Below are positions 19,881 through 30,769 of a stretch of 64,000 bases of DNA, piece after piece. The notes below the pieces were generated by a model that was not told the origin of the DNA, did not search any database, and saw nothing but the letters and a program-made list of their open reading frames with translations. Location of the stretch: contig OY729416.1 in assembly GCA_963422265.1 (NCBI GenBank), positions 1,216,001 through 1,280,000 on the forward strand, written 5' to 3'. Positions within the stretch are counted from its first letter, which is position 1. Each line of letters opens with the position of its first letter. The position numbers and the translations under genes are program-made. The stretch comes from Thermodesulfobacteriota bacterium. Its GTDB lineage: Bacteria > Desulfobacterota_D > UBA1144 > Nemesobacterales > UBA2774.

Positions 19881-20660
19881 ATGTCCGCAGCCTCTGACAC
19901 CATACTTATAATACCGATAAAAAAAATACCCGAAATCAAACCCGATGATGATATTGCTAGGATTATAATTCAAGCAATATCATCACAAAATCTCTCAATA
20001 CTAGATGGAGACGTATTGGTATTAGCCCAGAAGATAATATCCAAATCCGAGGGACGAATTGTTGACTTAAACGAAATAAAACCTTCACCCTTCGCTCTCA
20101 CCCTTTCAAAAGAAATAAGTAAAGACCCACGCCTAGTAGAGGTAATTTTAGGCGAGACTACAAAGATAATAAAAATGGATCAAAGGAAAGCTGATAAGGG
20201 CAGATTAATAGTGGAAACCCGCGGGGGCGTAATCTCTGCAAATGCGGGGGTTGACGCCTCAAACGTGCCGGGAGACGACACTGTGACGCTATTGCCAGTT
20301 GACTCAGACAAATCGGCAGCTAGTCTCGCCGATAAATTCAAAGAGTTATTGGGGTTTGACGTAGCAATAATAGTTACTGACACCGTAGGTAGGCCTTGGC
20401 GCGAAGGGCTTGTGGATATAGCAATAGGATGCTCTGGGATAAAACCCTTAAAAAACTATAGGGGATTAAAAGACGCAAAGGGTCATGAACTAACCGCGAC
20501 GGAGATGGCAGTAGCGGACGAGATCGCTTCCGCAGCGGGTCTTGTGATGGAAAAGGCAGGCTCCTTACCAGCGGTTATTGTAAGGGGTTACAGATATGAA
20601 AATAGTATCGGAGATGCAAAAGAGATGATTAGAAAAGCCGAAGAGGATCTATTTCGCTAA
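19881..20660 (+). CDS. cofE: Coenzyme F420-0:L-glutamate ligase
   Basis: QKIISKSEGR, ANAGVDASN, TDTVGRPWREG, ADEIASAAGLVM, EDLFR. Confidence 0.9.
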   Translation: MSAASDTILIIPIKKIPEIKPDDDIARIIIQAISSQNLSILDGDVLVLAQKIISKSEGRIVDLNEIKPSPFALTLSKEISKDPRLVEVILGETTKIIKMDQRKADKGRLIVETRGGVISANAGVDASNVPGDDTVTLLPVDSDKSAASLADKFKELLGFDVAIIVTDTVGRPWREGLVDIAIGCSGIKPLKNYRGLKDAKGHELTATEMAVADEIASAAGLVMEKAGSLPAVIVRGYRYENSIGDAKEMIRKAEEDLFR

Positions 20661-20707
20661 CTGACCAAGCAAGTTCTTCCACATAACTGAAAACAAGATT
20701 TCGCATT

Positions 20708-21391
20708 ATGCCCAAACCACCTGAAGAAACATTCGTTAAAATAGCCCATAGGGGAGCAAGCGCTTATGAGCCGGAGAATACAATCCGCTCATTTAAGAGA
20801 GCCATAGAGATGAAGGCTGATATGATTGAGTTTGACGTCCGAAAGTGCCTAGATGGACACATGGTAGTCATACATGACAATAAGGTTGATCGGACTACTA
20901 ATGGAACGGGGCTTGTCAGCAAGAAAACGCTTTCTGAGCTTAAAGGTCTTGACGCTGGAATGGGCGAGAAGGTTCCCACTCTTGAAGAAGCCCTAGAATT
21001 TGGGAAAGGAAAGACAAAATTTGTCATAGAATTGAAAGAAGACGGCACTGAGGGTAATGTGGTTAATCTCATTAAAGACTATGGATTGATCGAGGACGTA
21101 TTCATAGTTTCATTTAAGGTAAAGCGTTTGAAAGTGGTTAAGGGATTAGAACCATTGTTAAAAACGGGACTAATTTTATTTGCTTCTCTCTACCCTGCGA
21201 CGCTAGCTAAAGCATGTGGAGCTGACGCGGTAGCGCCGTTTCATTGGTTTATAACGAAAGGACTTATCAAAAAGGCTCGCAATAATGGATTATATCTATT
21301 TGGATGGACAGTGGATAGTATGGAGAAGGCTCAGCATCTTAAAGACATGGGTGTAAATGGGATCGTTACCAATAAACCTGATCTGATCTAA
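20708..21391 (+). CDS. Glycerophosphodiester phosphodiesterase
   Basis: IAHRGASAYEPENT, EFDV, HD..VDRTTNG, WTV, GIVTNKPD. Confidence 0.93.
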   Translation: MPKPPEETFVKIAHRGASAYEPENTIRSFKRAIEMKADMIEFDVRKCLDGHMVVIHDNKVDRTTNGTGLVSKKTLSELKGLDAGMGEKVPTLEEALEFGKGKTKFVIELKEDGTEGNVVNLIKDYGLIEDVFIVSFKVKRLKVVKGLEPLLKTGLILFASLYPATLAKACGADAVAPFHWFITKGLIKKARNNGLYLFGWTVDSMEKAQHLKDMGVNGIVTNKPDLI

Positions 21392-21761
21392 ATTTGAATC
21401 AGGCTAACCTAGCATTTCCGTTACACGTTATAAAAGCGACGAACACCTTAAGCATCTCAATACCTTCAAAAAAGTAAATCCCATAGCGCATACACTTAAA
21501 AGATGCTAGTTTCCAGAAAAGATTCTCAGGGCGATGTCTTTATGATGGCTCAATTTGTAAAATATCTATACTATTAGAGATTCAAAAATCCATAACTCCG
21601 TAGGGAACGCATATATCCTTCTCAATAAAGTTGATAATTAGTAGAGTTTCCGTTAGCTTAGCTGTTATTGAGAAACAGAGCCTAAACTGATATATACCTT
21701 TAGACAACGCAGGTTTAACGGCGATTCATTTAAGAGTAAAGAATAAGGGGGGGGAAGCGCT

Positions 21762-23465
21762 TTGAAAAAAAAATCCAACAAAGATGAAAACGGCAATCCT
21801 AGAAAATATTCCTCTATAGTTGTTGAGGGGATAAATAGAGCGCCGAACAGATCTATGTTAAGAGCGGTTGGGTTTAAGGACAAAGATTTCAAAAAGTCAG
21901 TCGTGGGGATTGCTTCTACCTGGAGTATGGTTACTCCCTGCAACATGCACATAGACAAGCTTGCCCTGCAAGCGGGTCAGGGAGTTGATAAGTCAGGTGG
22001 CAAATCAATTGTTTTTAATACTATTACAGTGTCCGACGGTATTTCAATGGGCACTCCTGGCATGAGGTACTCACTAGTTTCAAGAGAGGTAATAGCCGAT
22101 TCAATTGAGACAGTAGCCGCCGCCGAGGGATTTGACGGGCTCATTTCCATTGGAGGATGCGATAAAAATATGCCGGGATGCCTGATGGCGATGTGCAGGC
22201 TTAACCGTCCTTCTGTGTTCGTATATGGAGGGACTATCATGCCCGGAAACTATCAAGGTAAATCTATAGACGTAGTTTCGGTTTTCGAAGCCGTCGGGGC
22301 ATACGCCAATAAAGATATTTCAGAAAATCAGCTAAAAGCAATTGAATCCAGCGCTATACCGGGACCAGGTTCATGCGGCGGCATGTACACCGCCAATACT
22401 ATGGCATCCGCAATAGAAGCGCTCGGAATGAGCTTGCCCAACAGCTCCGCCCAGATTGCAATATCCTCAGAGAAAATAAACGACTGCACAAGCGCTGGCG
22501 CCGCCGTTATGAATTTAATTAAAAACAACATCAAGCCTAGCGACATCATGACAAGGAAAGCGTTTGAAAACGCCATAACGGTCGTAATAGCCTTGGGTGG
22601 TTCTACTAACGCAGTCCTTCATTTGCTGGCAATAGCCAGCGCCGCTAACGTAAAACTCACAATTGACGACTTTACCCGAATTGGCAAGAAATCCCCCGTT
22701 CTTGCTGACCTAAAACCGAGCGGAAGATACATGATGGCTGATTTTTGCGAAATTGGTGGAATTACTCCACTATTAAAAATGCTTCTTCAGTCGGGTCTAT
22801 TGCATGGCGACTGCATGACCGTAACTGGTAAAACGGTCGAAGAAAACTTAGAATCAGTGCGCTCCTACCCAAAGGGACAGAAGATTGTCACACCCATAAA
22901 AAAGCCTCTTAAAAAAGATAGCCACATCTTAATATTGAGGGGAAATCTAGCACTGGAGGGGGCTGTAGCAAAAATTACTGGGCAAGAAGGGTTTTCCTTT
23001 ACGGGAAAAGCTATAGTCTTTAATTCAGAAGAGCAGTGCTTAAAAGCCATACTGGAAGGCAGAGTAAAAAGGGGACACGTTATAGTTGTTCGCTATGAAG
23101 GACCTAGGGGAGGACCTGGTATGCGGGAGATGCTTGCCCCCACCTCCGCTATAATGGGTAAGGGATTGGGTAATGACGTAGCTCTTATTACAGATGGTAG
23201 ATTCTCAGGTGGAACGCATGGTTTTGCAGTTGGTCACATTACGCCGGAAGCGATAGATGGCGGAGTTATTGCAATCGTAAAAAATGGGGACGTTATTACT
23301 ATTGACGCCGTAAAACGTGAAATTAGCCTACAGGTTTCTGAATCAGAGATTGACAAGAGGTTGGATCTATGGAAAAAGCCAAAACCAAGAGAGAAGAGCG
23401 GGGCGCTTGCCAAATACGCTAGGCTCGTTTCGTCAGCCTCACTTGGAGCAGTGACCGATAAATGA
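21762..23465 (+). CDS. ilvD: Dihydroxy-acid dehydratase
   Basis: [51 protein letters not shown]. Confidence 0.97.
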   Translation: MKKKSNKDENGNPRKYSSIVVEGINRAPNRSMLRAVGFKDKDFKKSVVGIASTWSMVTPCNMHIDKLALQAGQGVDKSGGKSIVFNTITVSDGISMGTPGMRYSLVSREVIADSIETVAAAEGFDGLISIGGCDKNMPGCLMAMCRLNRPSVFVYGGTIMPGNYQGKSIDVVSVFEAVGAYANKDISENQLKAIESSAIPGPGSCGGMYTANTMASAIEALGMSLPNSSAQIAISSEKINDCTSAGAAVMNLIKNNIKPSDIMTRKAFENAITVVIALGGSTNAVLHLLAIASAANVKLTIDDFTRIGKKSPVLADLKPSGRYMMADFCEIGGITPLLKMLLQSGLLHGDCMTVTGKTVEENLESVRSYPKGQKIVTPIKKPLKKDSHILILRGNLALEGAVAKITGQEGFSFTGKAIVFNSEEQCLKAILEGRVKRGHVIVVRYEGPRGGPGMREMLAPTSAIMGKGLGNDVALITDGRFSGGTHGFAVGHITPEAIDGGVIAIVKNGDVITIDAVKREISLQVSESEIDKRLDLWKKPKPREKSGALAKYARLVSSASLGAVTDK

Positions 23466-23534
23466 TAAGGCGCTAGGCTGTTAAATACCTATCTCTCTAA
23501 AGAATGTAATCATGGCTTCATATTGCTTTAATTA

Positions 23535-23572
23535 CTAACAAGAAATTCACTCTACGTTCAAAACTGCTTAAT
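23535..23572 (+). promoter_or_regulatory. PHO-box-like 11-bp-period direct repeats
   Basis: CTAAC(23535), TTCAC(23546), TTCAA(23557), TTAAT(23568), then TATATT at 23581, upstream of the PAP2-like gene. Confidence 0.55.
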
Positions 23573-23597
23573 AAGCAATTTATATTATTGTATTGTT

Positions 23598-24254
23598 GTG
23601 GATATGGATAAGAGCTCCTACACGAGAGAAAGCAGTACTTTTAGCGGGATTTATACCTTTATAGCACAGGACCGTTGGTTTAATAAAACAGCCCGGTTTA
23701 TCTCTAACCTATGCAGTCCACCGATCATCGCTCTGATGGCTGCCCTGGTTACGGCGCTTACAATTAACACCGAGTCGGCTTGGTTATGGACCTTAGCTTA
23801 CGCAGGCACGGCTATTTTACTCCCCACGATTTATATACTAATTCTATTAAAACGCGGAGCAATAAGTGGGTTCCATTTGAACGAGAGAAAGGAGCGAACC
23901 AAACCTCTGGCCGTGATTTCAATAAATACGGCTTTGATATTTTTGATAATGGTCTTTGCAGGCGCCCCCAAGCTTATTCTCTTAATAATGGCTACTAGCA
24001 TAATACAATTGCTTTTAATCCTGGCAATTACGCAGCGCTGGAAAATCAGTGGTCACTGCACGGCTGCTGCAAGCCTTGCGGCTTACGCTATTGCTCTTTA
24101 TGGAACAGACCTTACTCCGTTAGCTCTTCTCGTCCCACTTATAGCATGGTCACGGATAAAATTAAACCGCCACAGCCTGGCACAGACAATAGCAGGAACT
24201 TTACTCGGCGCTGTCACTGTAACCTTCATGCTCTACACAACAAATGCTATTTGA
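23598..24254 (+). CDS. PAP2-like integral membrane protein (putative lipid phosphatase)
   Basis: WKISGH and WSRIKLNRHS resemble PAP2 motifs 2 and 3; about six TM helices. Confidence 0.65.
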   Translation: MDMDKSSYTRESSTFSGIYTFIAQDRWFNKTARFISNLCSPPIIALMAALVTALTINTESAWLWTLAYAGTAILLPTIYILILLKRGAISGFHLNERKERTKPLAVISINTALIFLIMVFAGAPKLILLIMATSIIQLLLILAITQRWKISGHCTAAASLAAYAIALYGTDLTPLALLVPLIAWSRIKLNRHSLAQTIAGTLLGAVTVTFMLYTTNAI

Positions 24255-24311
24255 AGAGAATTGACAATAAGCCTCTGAATTCATAATTACGTATAGTAAA
24301 AAGGATCAATT

Positions 24312-25170
24312 ATGAAAATAATGCTGGCCACGGACGCATGGAATCCCCAGATAAACGGCGTTACAAATACCTGGACATATATCCTCTATCCTCAATCTTA
24401 TTAGAAAGGATCATGAGGTTTATGTATTGAATCCTTACGTCAATGGAGCAGAGCAACTTCCTATTAAGCTCCAGGGGAACATTCCTCTCGTAAAAAACGC
24501 ATTATATATAGGCAAGAAGGCATTACGAGAAGTTTATGCCAGAAAGAATACTTATAAGCTACGGAAAGGTAGTATGGGTATTGCTATGAGGCGATTTTGC
24601 AGGGAGAATAAAATCAATTACAACACGTCGTATCATAAAAGCCTTGCGGAATATGGATGGGTTCTATACGGCATACCTAAGTTCCTCACATGGTTCTACG
24701 TGAGGTGGTTTCACAGATGCAGCAGCAAGATTGTAGTAACTACAAAGAGCATTGCCAAGCAATTGGCTCTAAAGAACTCCGTAGTTTGGGGAAGAGGGGT
24801 TGATACGCAACTTTTCAACCCGACCACCCGACAAAGAATACCTCATGAGAGGACAATTATCACAGTAGGCAGGGTAGGTAAAGATAAAAACCTGGACGAT
24901 TTCTGCAAAATATCCGGTTATAAGAAGATAGTCGTAGGAGATGAACCCTACCTTAAAACGCTAAAATCAAAATACAAGGACGTGGAGTTCACGGGCTATA
25001 TTCCGCGCATAGTGCAACATGGAATAACTGGCTTTCTAGGTGATAATATAGACGAAAATATCGAGCTCGCCTTTGATAACCTAGATGAAATATCGCACAA
25101 TGCCCTAAAATACGCCAAGTCTCAGAACTGGCAACCAATTGCAGATCAATTCGTTAGTCACTTGGCGTGA
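24312..25170 (+). pseudogene. GT4 glycosyltransferase (Agt-like, putative glycolipid synthase), frameshifted with internal deletion
   Basis: MKIMLATDAWNPQINGV from ATG 24312 runs into a stop after a frameshift near 24380. The second frame carries WGRGVD and VGRVGKDKNL, but the EX7E segment is missing (FTGY joined directly to IPRIVQHG). Confidence 0.78.
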
Positions 25171-25254
25171 ACCCCTATTCCTATAGTTGACCGTTATAAT
25201 CATTCCCAGCTTGCCTAGTATTGAAAAAAGACTTTCAACAATAACCATGCGATA

Positions 25255-25270
25255 TTAACGCGATCTTAAC
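25255..25270 (+). promoter_or_regulatory. PHO-box-like direct repeat
   Basis: TTAAC(25255) and TTAAC(25266), 11 bp apart, upstream of an AGGAG RBS and ATG 25336. Confidence 0.5.
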
Positions 25271-25335
25271 ATTATTGTGGCATATATGTTAAGGGAAAAA
25301 CAACAATCTTATTAGGAGTAAGTAGGAGTAATAGA

Positions 25336-25943
25336 ATGAATACAGAAATGCTTAAAGCCCCATTAATCTATAACCAATTTAAAACTCTCATTGCGACATC
25401 GAAGACGTTATATAAATACCGGGAGCGAAGCTGAATTGGCATCGTTGAGAAGCGACATAGCGTCTCTCAAGCTAGAAATTGATAGTGCTTTAGAAGACAT
25501 TAACAACGGAGACGACGCAAATTATTTAACTGCTCTAAAGCTGATACTTCTAATCATCCAGAAATTTACTCAGTCCATTCAGCTAATGAGCAACTTGAAA
25601 TTCAGAGAACCTTTATGCCAGGGATTTGACCCGCAACAAATGCTTGACATCCTGCTTCCTAATATTAAAAATCTAATAGATTACGAAAATTGGACAAACA
25701 AACCTAAACACGAAGAAATTAAAGCAAGATTATCTCCTAACAGAATCCCTTGAGGATCAATATAGAAGGGTTCTTCTTACTTACCTGATTCAGAAGTGGC
25801 ACAACATAGATGAAGTATTGAACTTATTGAAAATCAGGGAATTATACAAAAAAATCGCGGAGGAGCTAGTAATCTTCTCCGTTTTATCAGGCTACTTGCA
25901 AAACATAAATACCAGTAAACAGGAAATGCCTGAGTCATCTTAA
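25336..25943 (+). pseudogene. Divergent PhoU-like helical protein, two frameshifts
   Basis: ATG 25336 with RBS; the middle frame is ORF 25391-25753; the last frame reads QDYLLTESLEDQYRRVLLTYLIQKWHNIDEVLNLLKIRELYKKIAEEL, resembling the second PhoU repeat. Confidence 0.45.
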
Positions 25944-26921
25944 ACTGTAAAGAATATCCTCTACTATATCGTCTATATTGTTCCCATAGTCGGCTTTATA
26001 TATAAAAGATGACTCAACCCATTTACTTAAAATTTCAACAAAATCGCCCCCAATTTTTCTTACGACTGGGACACCTAACCTTTTCAAAGCTTCAGCGTTA
26101 CACTCCTGTTCGTATTGCCTCTTCATAGGAATTACCATTAGCTTTTTCCTCATATAAATCGCTTCAGAAGGCGTTTCAAAGCCCGCGTTACATAGTATTC
26201 CTTCGCAAGTAGAAAGGCTTCTCACAAATTCGCGGTTTCCAACGGGACAAACAGTAACGTTGTCCTCTGAATAAGGTTCTTGCTTATGGTGTTTTGAGAA
26301 TACCTCCCAGCGAACGTCCACGTTCTTTAGCAAGCTGCACAAAAATCTTTCATCATAGGAGGGTAAATACACAGTGTAATGACCATTATTTCGCACGGGT
26401 GCATTCCTGATTTCCTCTCTTATAATGGGCTTATGAATAAAACCATCATATCTCTCAAAGTGCAGTCCTATCGATCTTGAACCGGGGGCGTACCACTTTA
26501 TTATTAGCTCTTGAAAGTGATTAACGTTAGTTGGCCTCGGAATTTTAGTAGATAAGAAAGCCGCCTGATGCGATATGGCTAGGCTAGGCATACCTTTGGC
26601 TTTCGCCGCCCATGCCGTTATAGGTTCAAAATCAGTTAATACCAAATCATATTTATCTATAGGCAGTTTGTATATGTCAGAAATTAACCTATATGGGCTA
26701 AAGCTTTTTATAGACTTCCAGTAATCAATCCCACCCCTTTTACCAAATATAAATCCAAGCCCGTCAAGTCTGTAGTTAGCCTGAAAGCCAAGGTCTACTT
26801 CATGGTGAATACCGCTTAAAAGCACATCAACATCAACGTGATTAACAAGGTGTTTTATTAACTCCCTTGACCTGGATATATGTCCATTCCCCGTCCCCTG
26901 AACTCCTAACAAAATCCTCAT
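25935..26921 (-). CDS. GT-B glycosyltransferase (MJ1255/VC2487-like)
   Basis: MRILLGVQGTGNGHISRSRE, DFEPITAWA, AGFETPSEA, QYEQECNA. Confidence 0.88.
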   Translation of the reverse strand: MRILLGVQGTGNGHISRSRELIKHLVNHVDVDVLLSGIHHEVDLGFQANYRLDGLGFIFGKRGGIDYWKSIKSFSPYRLISDIYKLPIDKYDLVLTDFEPITAWAAKAKGMPSLAISHQAAFLSTKIPRPTNVNHFQELIIKWYAPGSRSIGLHFERYDGFIHKPIIREEIRNAPVRNNGHYTVYLPSYDERFLCSLLKNVDVRWEVFSKHHKQEPYSEDNVTVCPVGNREFVRSLSTCEGILCNAGFETPSEAIYMRKKLMVIPMKRQYEQECNAEALKRLGVPVVRKIGGDFVEILSKWVESSFIYKADYGNNIDDIVEDILYSLR

Positions 26922-26955
26922 AATGAAATCAAAGTTAGCATGATACTTTCACGTT

Positions 26956-26982
26956 ATGAAGTAACGGTTAAAAGAGTATTAA
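26956..26982 (-). promoter_or_regulatory. PHO-box-like 11-bp-period repeats for the leftward glycosyltransferase
   Basis: Minus strand reads TTAAT(26982), TTAAC(26971), TTCAT(26960), followed by a TATCAT -10-like hexamer (26945-26940). Confidence 0.55.
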
Positions 26983-27013
26983 CTTCTCGTATATTCTAAG
27001 CCTATCAAAACGA

Positions 27014-27051
27014 TAAACAAAAACTTAACGAAGTTTTCACACGGCGTGAAT
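27014..27051 (+). promoter_or_regulatory. PHO-box-like 11-bp-period repeats for the olsB-like gene
   Basis: TAAAC(27014), TTAAC(27025), TTCAC(27036), TGAAT(27047). Confidence 0.55.
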
Positions 27052-27097
27052 AATATAACTGTATATGAGTTTACCATACATTCACGAGGAGATGATG

Positions 27098-27851
27098 ATG
27101 CTTTCAAAAACAGCCCTATCCTTAAAAGATACCGTGTCAAACGCTAATATGGTGAAACGGGTGCTCATTTGGAAAATCAGAAAATTTCAATTTACATTGA
27201 TACCAGGAGATTCTTAATCAAGACGGCGGAAAATAGCCAGAAACTCGAGGGAGCCCTTGATCTTAGATATGACGTATTCTATAAAGAATCACTAAACAAA
27301 GACAATTTTACTAAGATAGACGTTGACAAATTTGACCTCATTTGCGACCACCTAATCATTATAGACAAAAAACTAGATAGCATCGCAGGAACCTATAGAT
27401 TAATTTCATCTACGTTCTCAGACAAATTTTACTCCGAAACAGAGTTTTTAATTGATCATACCAAAACGGCTAAAGGCATCAAGGTCGAGCTTGGTAGGGC
27501 ATGCGTGCACAAGAACTATAGAAAAGGCACTGTGTTATCGCCTTGTTATGGAAAGGGATGTCAGAGTATATAAAAGCAGTGCGAGCTAAATATTTCTTCG
27601 GATGCTCAAGCATAAACATAACTAACGCGCTTGAAGTTGGGCTTATCTACAAACATGTTAAAGATCTTTACATATCTAAAGATAGCCTAAGGGTATATCC
27701 AAAAAACAAATACAGGATAGTGGATATCCTACCTATTTGTATAAAATACAAAGCTGTAAACGGAGATAAAATAAGTTCGCGTAACAAGGACTTGATTTTC
27801 TACTACGGAGATATAAAGTTTCTAAGCATTTTTTTGAGCTATTATCGGTAA
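27098..27851 (+). pseudogene. GNAT N-acyltransferase, OlsB-like (ornithine/amino lipid synthesis), frameshifted and truncated
   Basis: LRYDVFY, DVDKFDLICDHL, GTYRL, FYSETEF, ELGRACVH, then LWKGM...FFGCSS in another frame (shift near 27540). The start after the GAGGAG RBS is also out of frame. Confidence 0.78.
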
Positions 27852-27982
27852 AATCCATTGACGTTAAGTTATCATTTCTCCAAAGAATTAACTTAGAATC
27901 CGTAGTATCGCGTAAGGAGTTAGCCATATCCGCTCATAGCGTTATAAGAGCTGCATACGCTGGCTGAACCAAGAATACACAG

Positions 27983-28990
27983 TCAGTTTATAAACATTGA
28001 ATCCCCATAGCTTAAAAACCTGTAATCTTTTTCCCTCGCCTCATTATAAGCTTGGATAGTAATCTCATGACCTGCGAACGCTGAAACAAGCATTAAAAGG
28101 GTAGAACAGGGTAGATGAAGATTTGTAATTAAACCACCAATCACCCTAAACTGAAACCCGGGCGTAATAAAAAGATTTGTTCTTCCAGAAACTGGCGCAA
28201 CGTAGCCATTCTCGTCTGCCGAAGACTCCAATGCTCTTACAACAGTCGTACCTACCGCAATAACCCGCCTTCCCTCCCGTTTAGCTCTATTAATCGCTCC
28301 TGCAACTTCATTCGTAATATTTTTGTATTCTCCGTGCATCCTGTGACGCTCAATTGCATCAGTTTTAACCGGCGCAAAAGTGCCTACCCCTACATGAAGA
28401 GTAATGAACCTTACTTCCGTTCCTTTCCGCTTTATTTGATCCAAGAGATCGGGGGTAAAATGAAGCCCCGCCGTGGGAGCGGCGACTGCGCCTTCGCACT
28501 CAGCGTAAATAGTTTGATACGAAACTTTATCGGCTTCACTAACCTCGCGCTTTATGTAAGGTGGAAGAGGAATTCTACCTATAAGGTCCAGCTTATCATC
28601 TACAACGTCGTTGAACTGAACCGTCCATTCATCTTTACCGCGTAGCATCAACTTACCTGCAATACCCTGACTAAACTCAACCTCCATGCCATTCTTGGGT
28701 CTCCTAGCTAAACATTTCCACTCAGTTTCGTTTAACTTTTCTATTAGTAAAATCTCGATTGAGCCAGATGATTTCTTACTACCTATGAGTCTAGCGGGAA
28801 TGACTTTCGTATTATTTAGAACAACTAAGTCGTCTGAACTAAGTAGATCGGGAAGCTCAAAGAAGCGCTTATGCTCAATACTCGCTTTATTCCTATTGAC
28901 AACCATTAACTTAGACTTGTGTCTTTCAGAAAGCGGGTAATAAGCTATATTTCGCTCAGGAAGATAATAGTGAAAGTCTGACGTTTTCAT
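27983..28990 (-). CDS. queA: tRNA preQ1(34) S-adenosylmethionine ribosyltransferase-isomerase
   Basis: NNTKVIPARL, PLPPYI, AAPTAGLHFT, LHVGVGTF, YRFLSYGD. Confidence 0.97.
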   Translation of the reverse strand: MKTSDFHYYLPERNIAYYPLSERHKSKLMVVNRNKASIEHKRFFELPDLLSSDDLVVLNNTKVIPARLIGSKKSSGSIEILLIEKLNETEWKCLARRPKNGMEVEFSQGIAGKLMLRGKDEWTVQFNDVVDDKLDLIGRIPLPPYIKREVSEADKVSYQTIYAECEGAVAAPTAGLHFTPDLLDQIKRKGTEVRFITLHVGVGTFAPVKTDAIERHRMHGEYKNITNEVAGAINRAKREGRRVIAVGTTVVRALESSADENGYVAPVSGRTNLFITPGFQFRVIGGLITNLHLPCSTLLMLVSAFAGHEITIQAYNEAREKDYRFLSYGDSMFIN

Positions 28991-29034
28991 ATAGACAGTA
29001 TCTTCTCTATAATATCCTCACCCTGACCTGCAGG

Positions 29035-30240
29035 TTACCCTTTTTTATCAAAGAGCTTCTGAACGGAAAGCCTAAGGGCGTTTAGTTTTATGAATCCTGT
29101 AGCATGAGACTGGTTATATACGTCGTCCTTCTCAAAGGTAGCCAAATCTTCGCGGTAAAGGGAATAAGGCGAGCGTCTGCCGGCAATTATGACATTCCCT
29201 TTATATATCTTTAATTTTACCGTTCCAGTTACATTCTTCTGTGACGCTTCTATAGTTACACTGAGCATATCCATTTCGGGCGCATACCAAAATCCGTAAT
29301 AAATAAGCTCGGCAATTTTAGGCATCAAAGAATCCCTGAGACGCATTACTTCGCGGTCCATAGTTATTGATTCAAGAGCCCTATGAGCAGTATGCAGTAT
29401 AGTGCCTCCAGGAGTTTCATATATTCCCCTCGACTTCATCCCTACAAACCTATTTTCAACTAGATCAACCCTGCCTACGCCGTTTGAGCCTCCAACCTTA
29501 TTCAGAATGTCTAATAAGTCAGCGGGTTTTAGCTCCTTGCCATCAAGAGAAGTCGGAACGCCTTTTTCAAAACCAATGTCAACGTAAATAGGTTCATCCG
29601 GAGCTTTCTCTGGAGAAATCGTCATTTCAAACATATCCTCAGGGGGTTCTAACCACGGATCTTCAAGTATCCCACCCTCGTAGCTAATGTGCAGAAGGTT
29701 TTTATCACAGCTATATGGCTTCTCCAAGGTAACAGGGATGGGAATCCCATGTTTCGTCGCATATTCTATCAGGGAGGTCCTTGAAGTGAGATTCCATTCG
29801 CGCCAAGGAGCAATAACCTTTATATTCGGTTCAAGCGCATAGTAGGTTAGCTCGAAACGAACTTGGTCGTTCCCCTTGCCAGTGGAGCCGTGAGAAACAG
29901 CAAAAGCGTTTTCCTCCTTTGCAATCTCAATCTGTTTTTTCGCAATCAATGGACGAGCAAGAGACGTTCCCAGCAGATAAGTCCCCTCATATACGGCACC
30001 TGCCTTAATCGCCGTAAAGACAAAATCAGCAACGAACTCGTCCTTCAAATCCTCTACATATACCTTGCTCGCACCGGTCATTAATGCCTTTTGTCTTACC
30101 TCTTCTAAATCCTCTCCTTGCCCCACGTCGGCAACGTATGCAATCACGTCCGCATCATACTCTTCAGCTAACCATTTGAGAATTATAGACGTATCAAGCC
30201 CACCTGAGTAAGCAAGAACTATCTTGTCTTTTCCGTTCAT
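29035..30240 (-). CDS. argG: Argininosuccinate synthase
   Basis: [35 protein letters not shown]. Confidence 0.97.
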   Translation of the reverse strand: MNGKDKIVLAYSGGLDTSIILKWLAEEYDADVIAYVADVGQGEDLEEVRQKALMTGASKVYVEDLKDEFVADFVFTAIKAGAVYEGTYLLGTSLARPLIAKKQIEIAKEENAFAVSHGSTGKGNDQVRFELTYYALEPNIKVIAPWREWNLTSRTSLIEYATKHGIPIPVTLEKPYSCDKNLLHISYEGGILEDPWLEPPEDMFEMTISPEKAPDEPIYVDIGFEKGVPTSLDGKELKPADLLDILNKVGGSNGVGRVDLVENRFVGMKSRGIYETPGGTILHTAHRALESITMDREVMRLRDSLMPKIAELIYYGFWYAPEMDMLSVTIEASQKNVTGTVKLKIYKGNVIIAGRRSPYSLYREDLATFEKDDVYNQSHATGFIKLNALRLSVQKLFDKKG

Positions 30241-30322
30241 AATCTAGGACTCCTCCCCCTATTAAGCAGGACAATAAAAATATGGATTGTTTGGTTTGCA
30301 ATACGAAGCGGTTCAAGACAGA

Positions 30323-30769
30323 CTAGGGTTGCTCGCCTTGACCTTCCCGCTCGCTCGGCGGTCTTAAATCATGAAGATAGAACTTAGCGTCCTTCTCGTG
30401 ATAGAACTTCTCAAGCGTATATCCTATATATTCTATTTTCTCCAAATCGTCTCCCATATAGGACGCTTTTTTTACCTCGTCTGACAACTTAAAGTCAATG
30501 GGAATATCCTTGGAAGGACTTTCATGGCAAACAAATCTTAATCTTATATCCTTTTGAGGTTGAAAGTTTTTCGGAGTCGCGAAGCCTACTGACATTTTGG
30601 CGTTAATAATTTCAAAGATTAAAAGCCTGACAATGCTATTGCCTATACCCTCGGTACCTCCTCCTACTTCAAATGTATAAGCATAATAGTCAACCGCCTG
30701 ACCTTTTTCATTGAGAGAATTTAAGTACCAATAGTCTTCTGAATCTACCCAACACAGTATCTGAAGCAT
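30323..30769 (-). CDS. Hypothetical protein
   Basis: 148-aa ATG ORF with GGGGG RBS, co-oriented between pgeF and argG. Confidence 0.7.
   Translation of the reverse strand: MLQILCWVDSEDYWYLNSLNEKGQAVDYYAYTFEVGGGTEGIGNSIVRLLIFEIINAKMSVGFATPKNFQPQKDIRLRFVCHESPSKDIPIDFKLSDEVKKASYMGDDLEKIEYIGYTLEKFYHEKDAKFYLHDLRPPSEREGQGEQP

Noticed and set aside
21392-21761. 370-bp gap before ilvD as an attenuator, riboswitch or gene remnant
   Set aside because: No leader peptide, T-box or recognisable protein motif found by eye.
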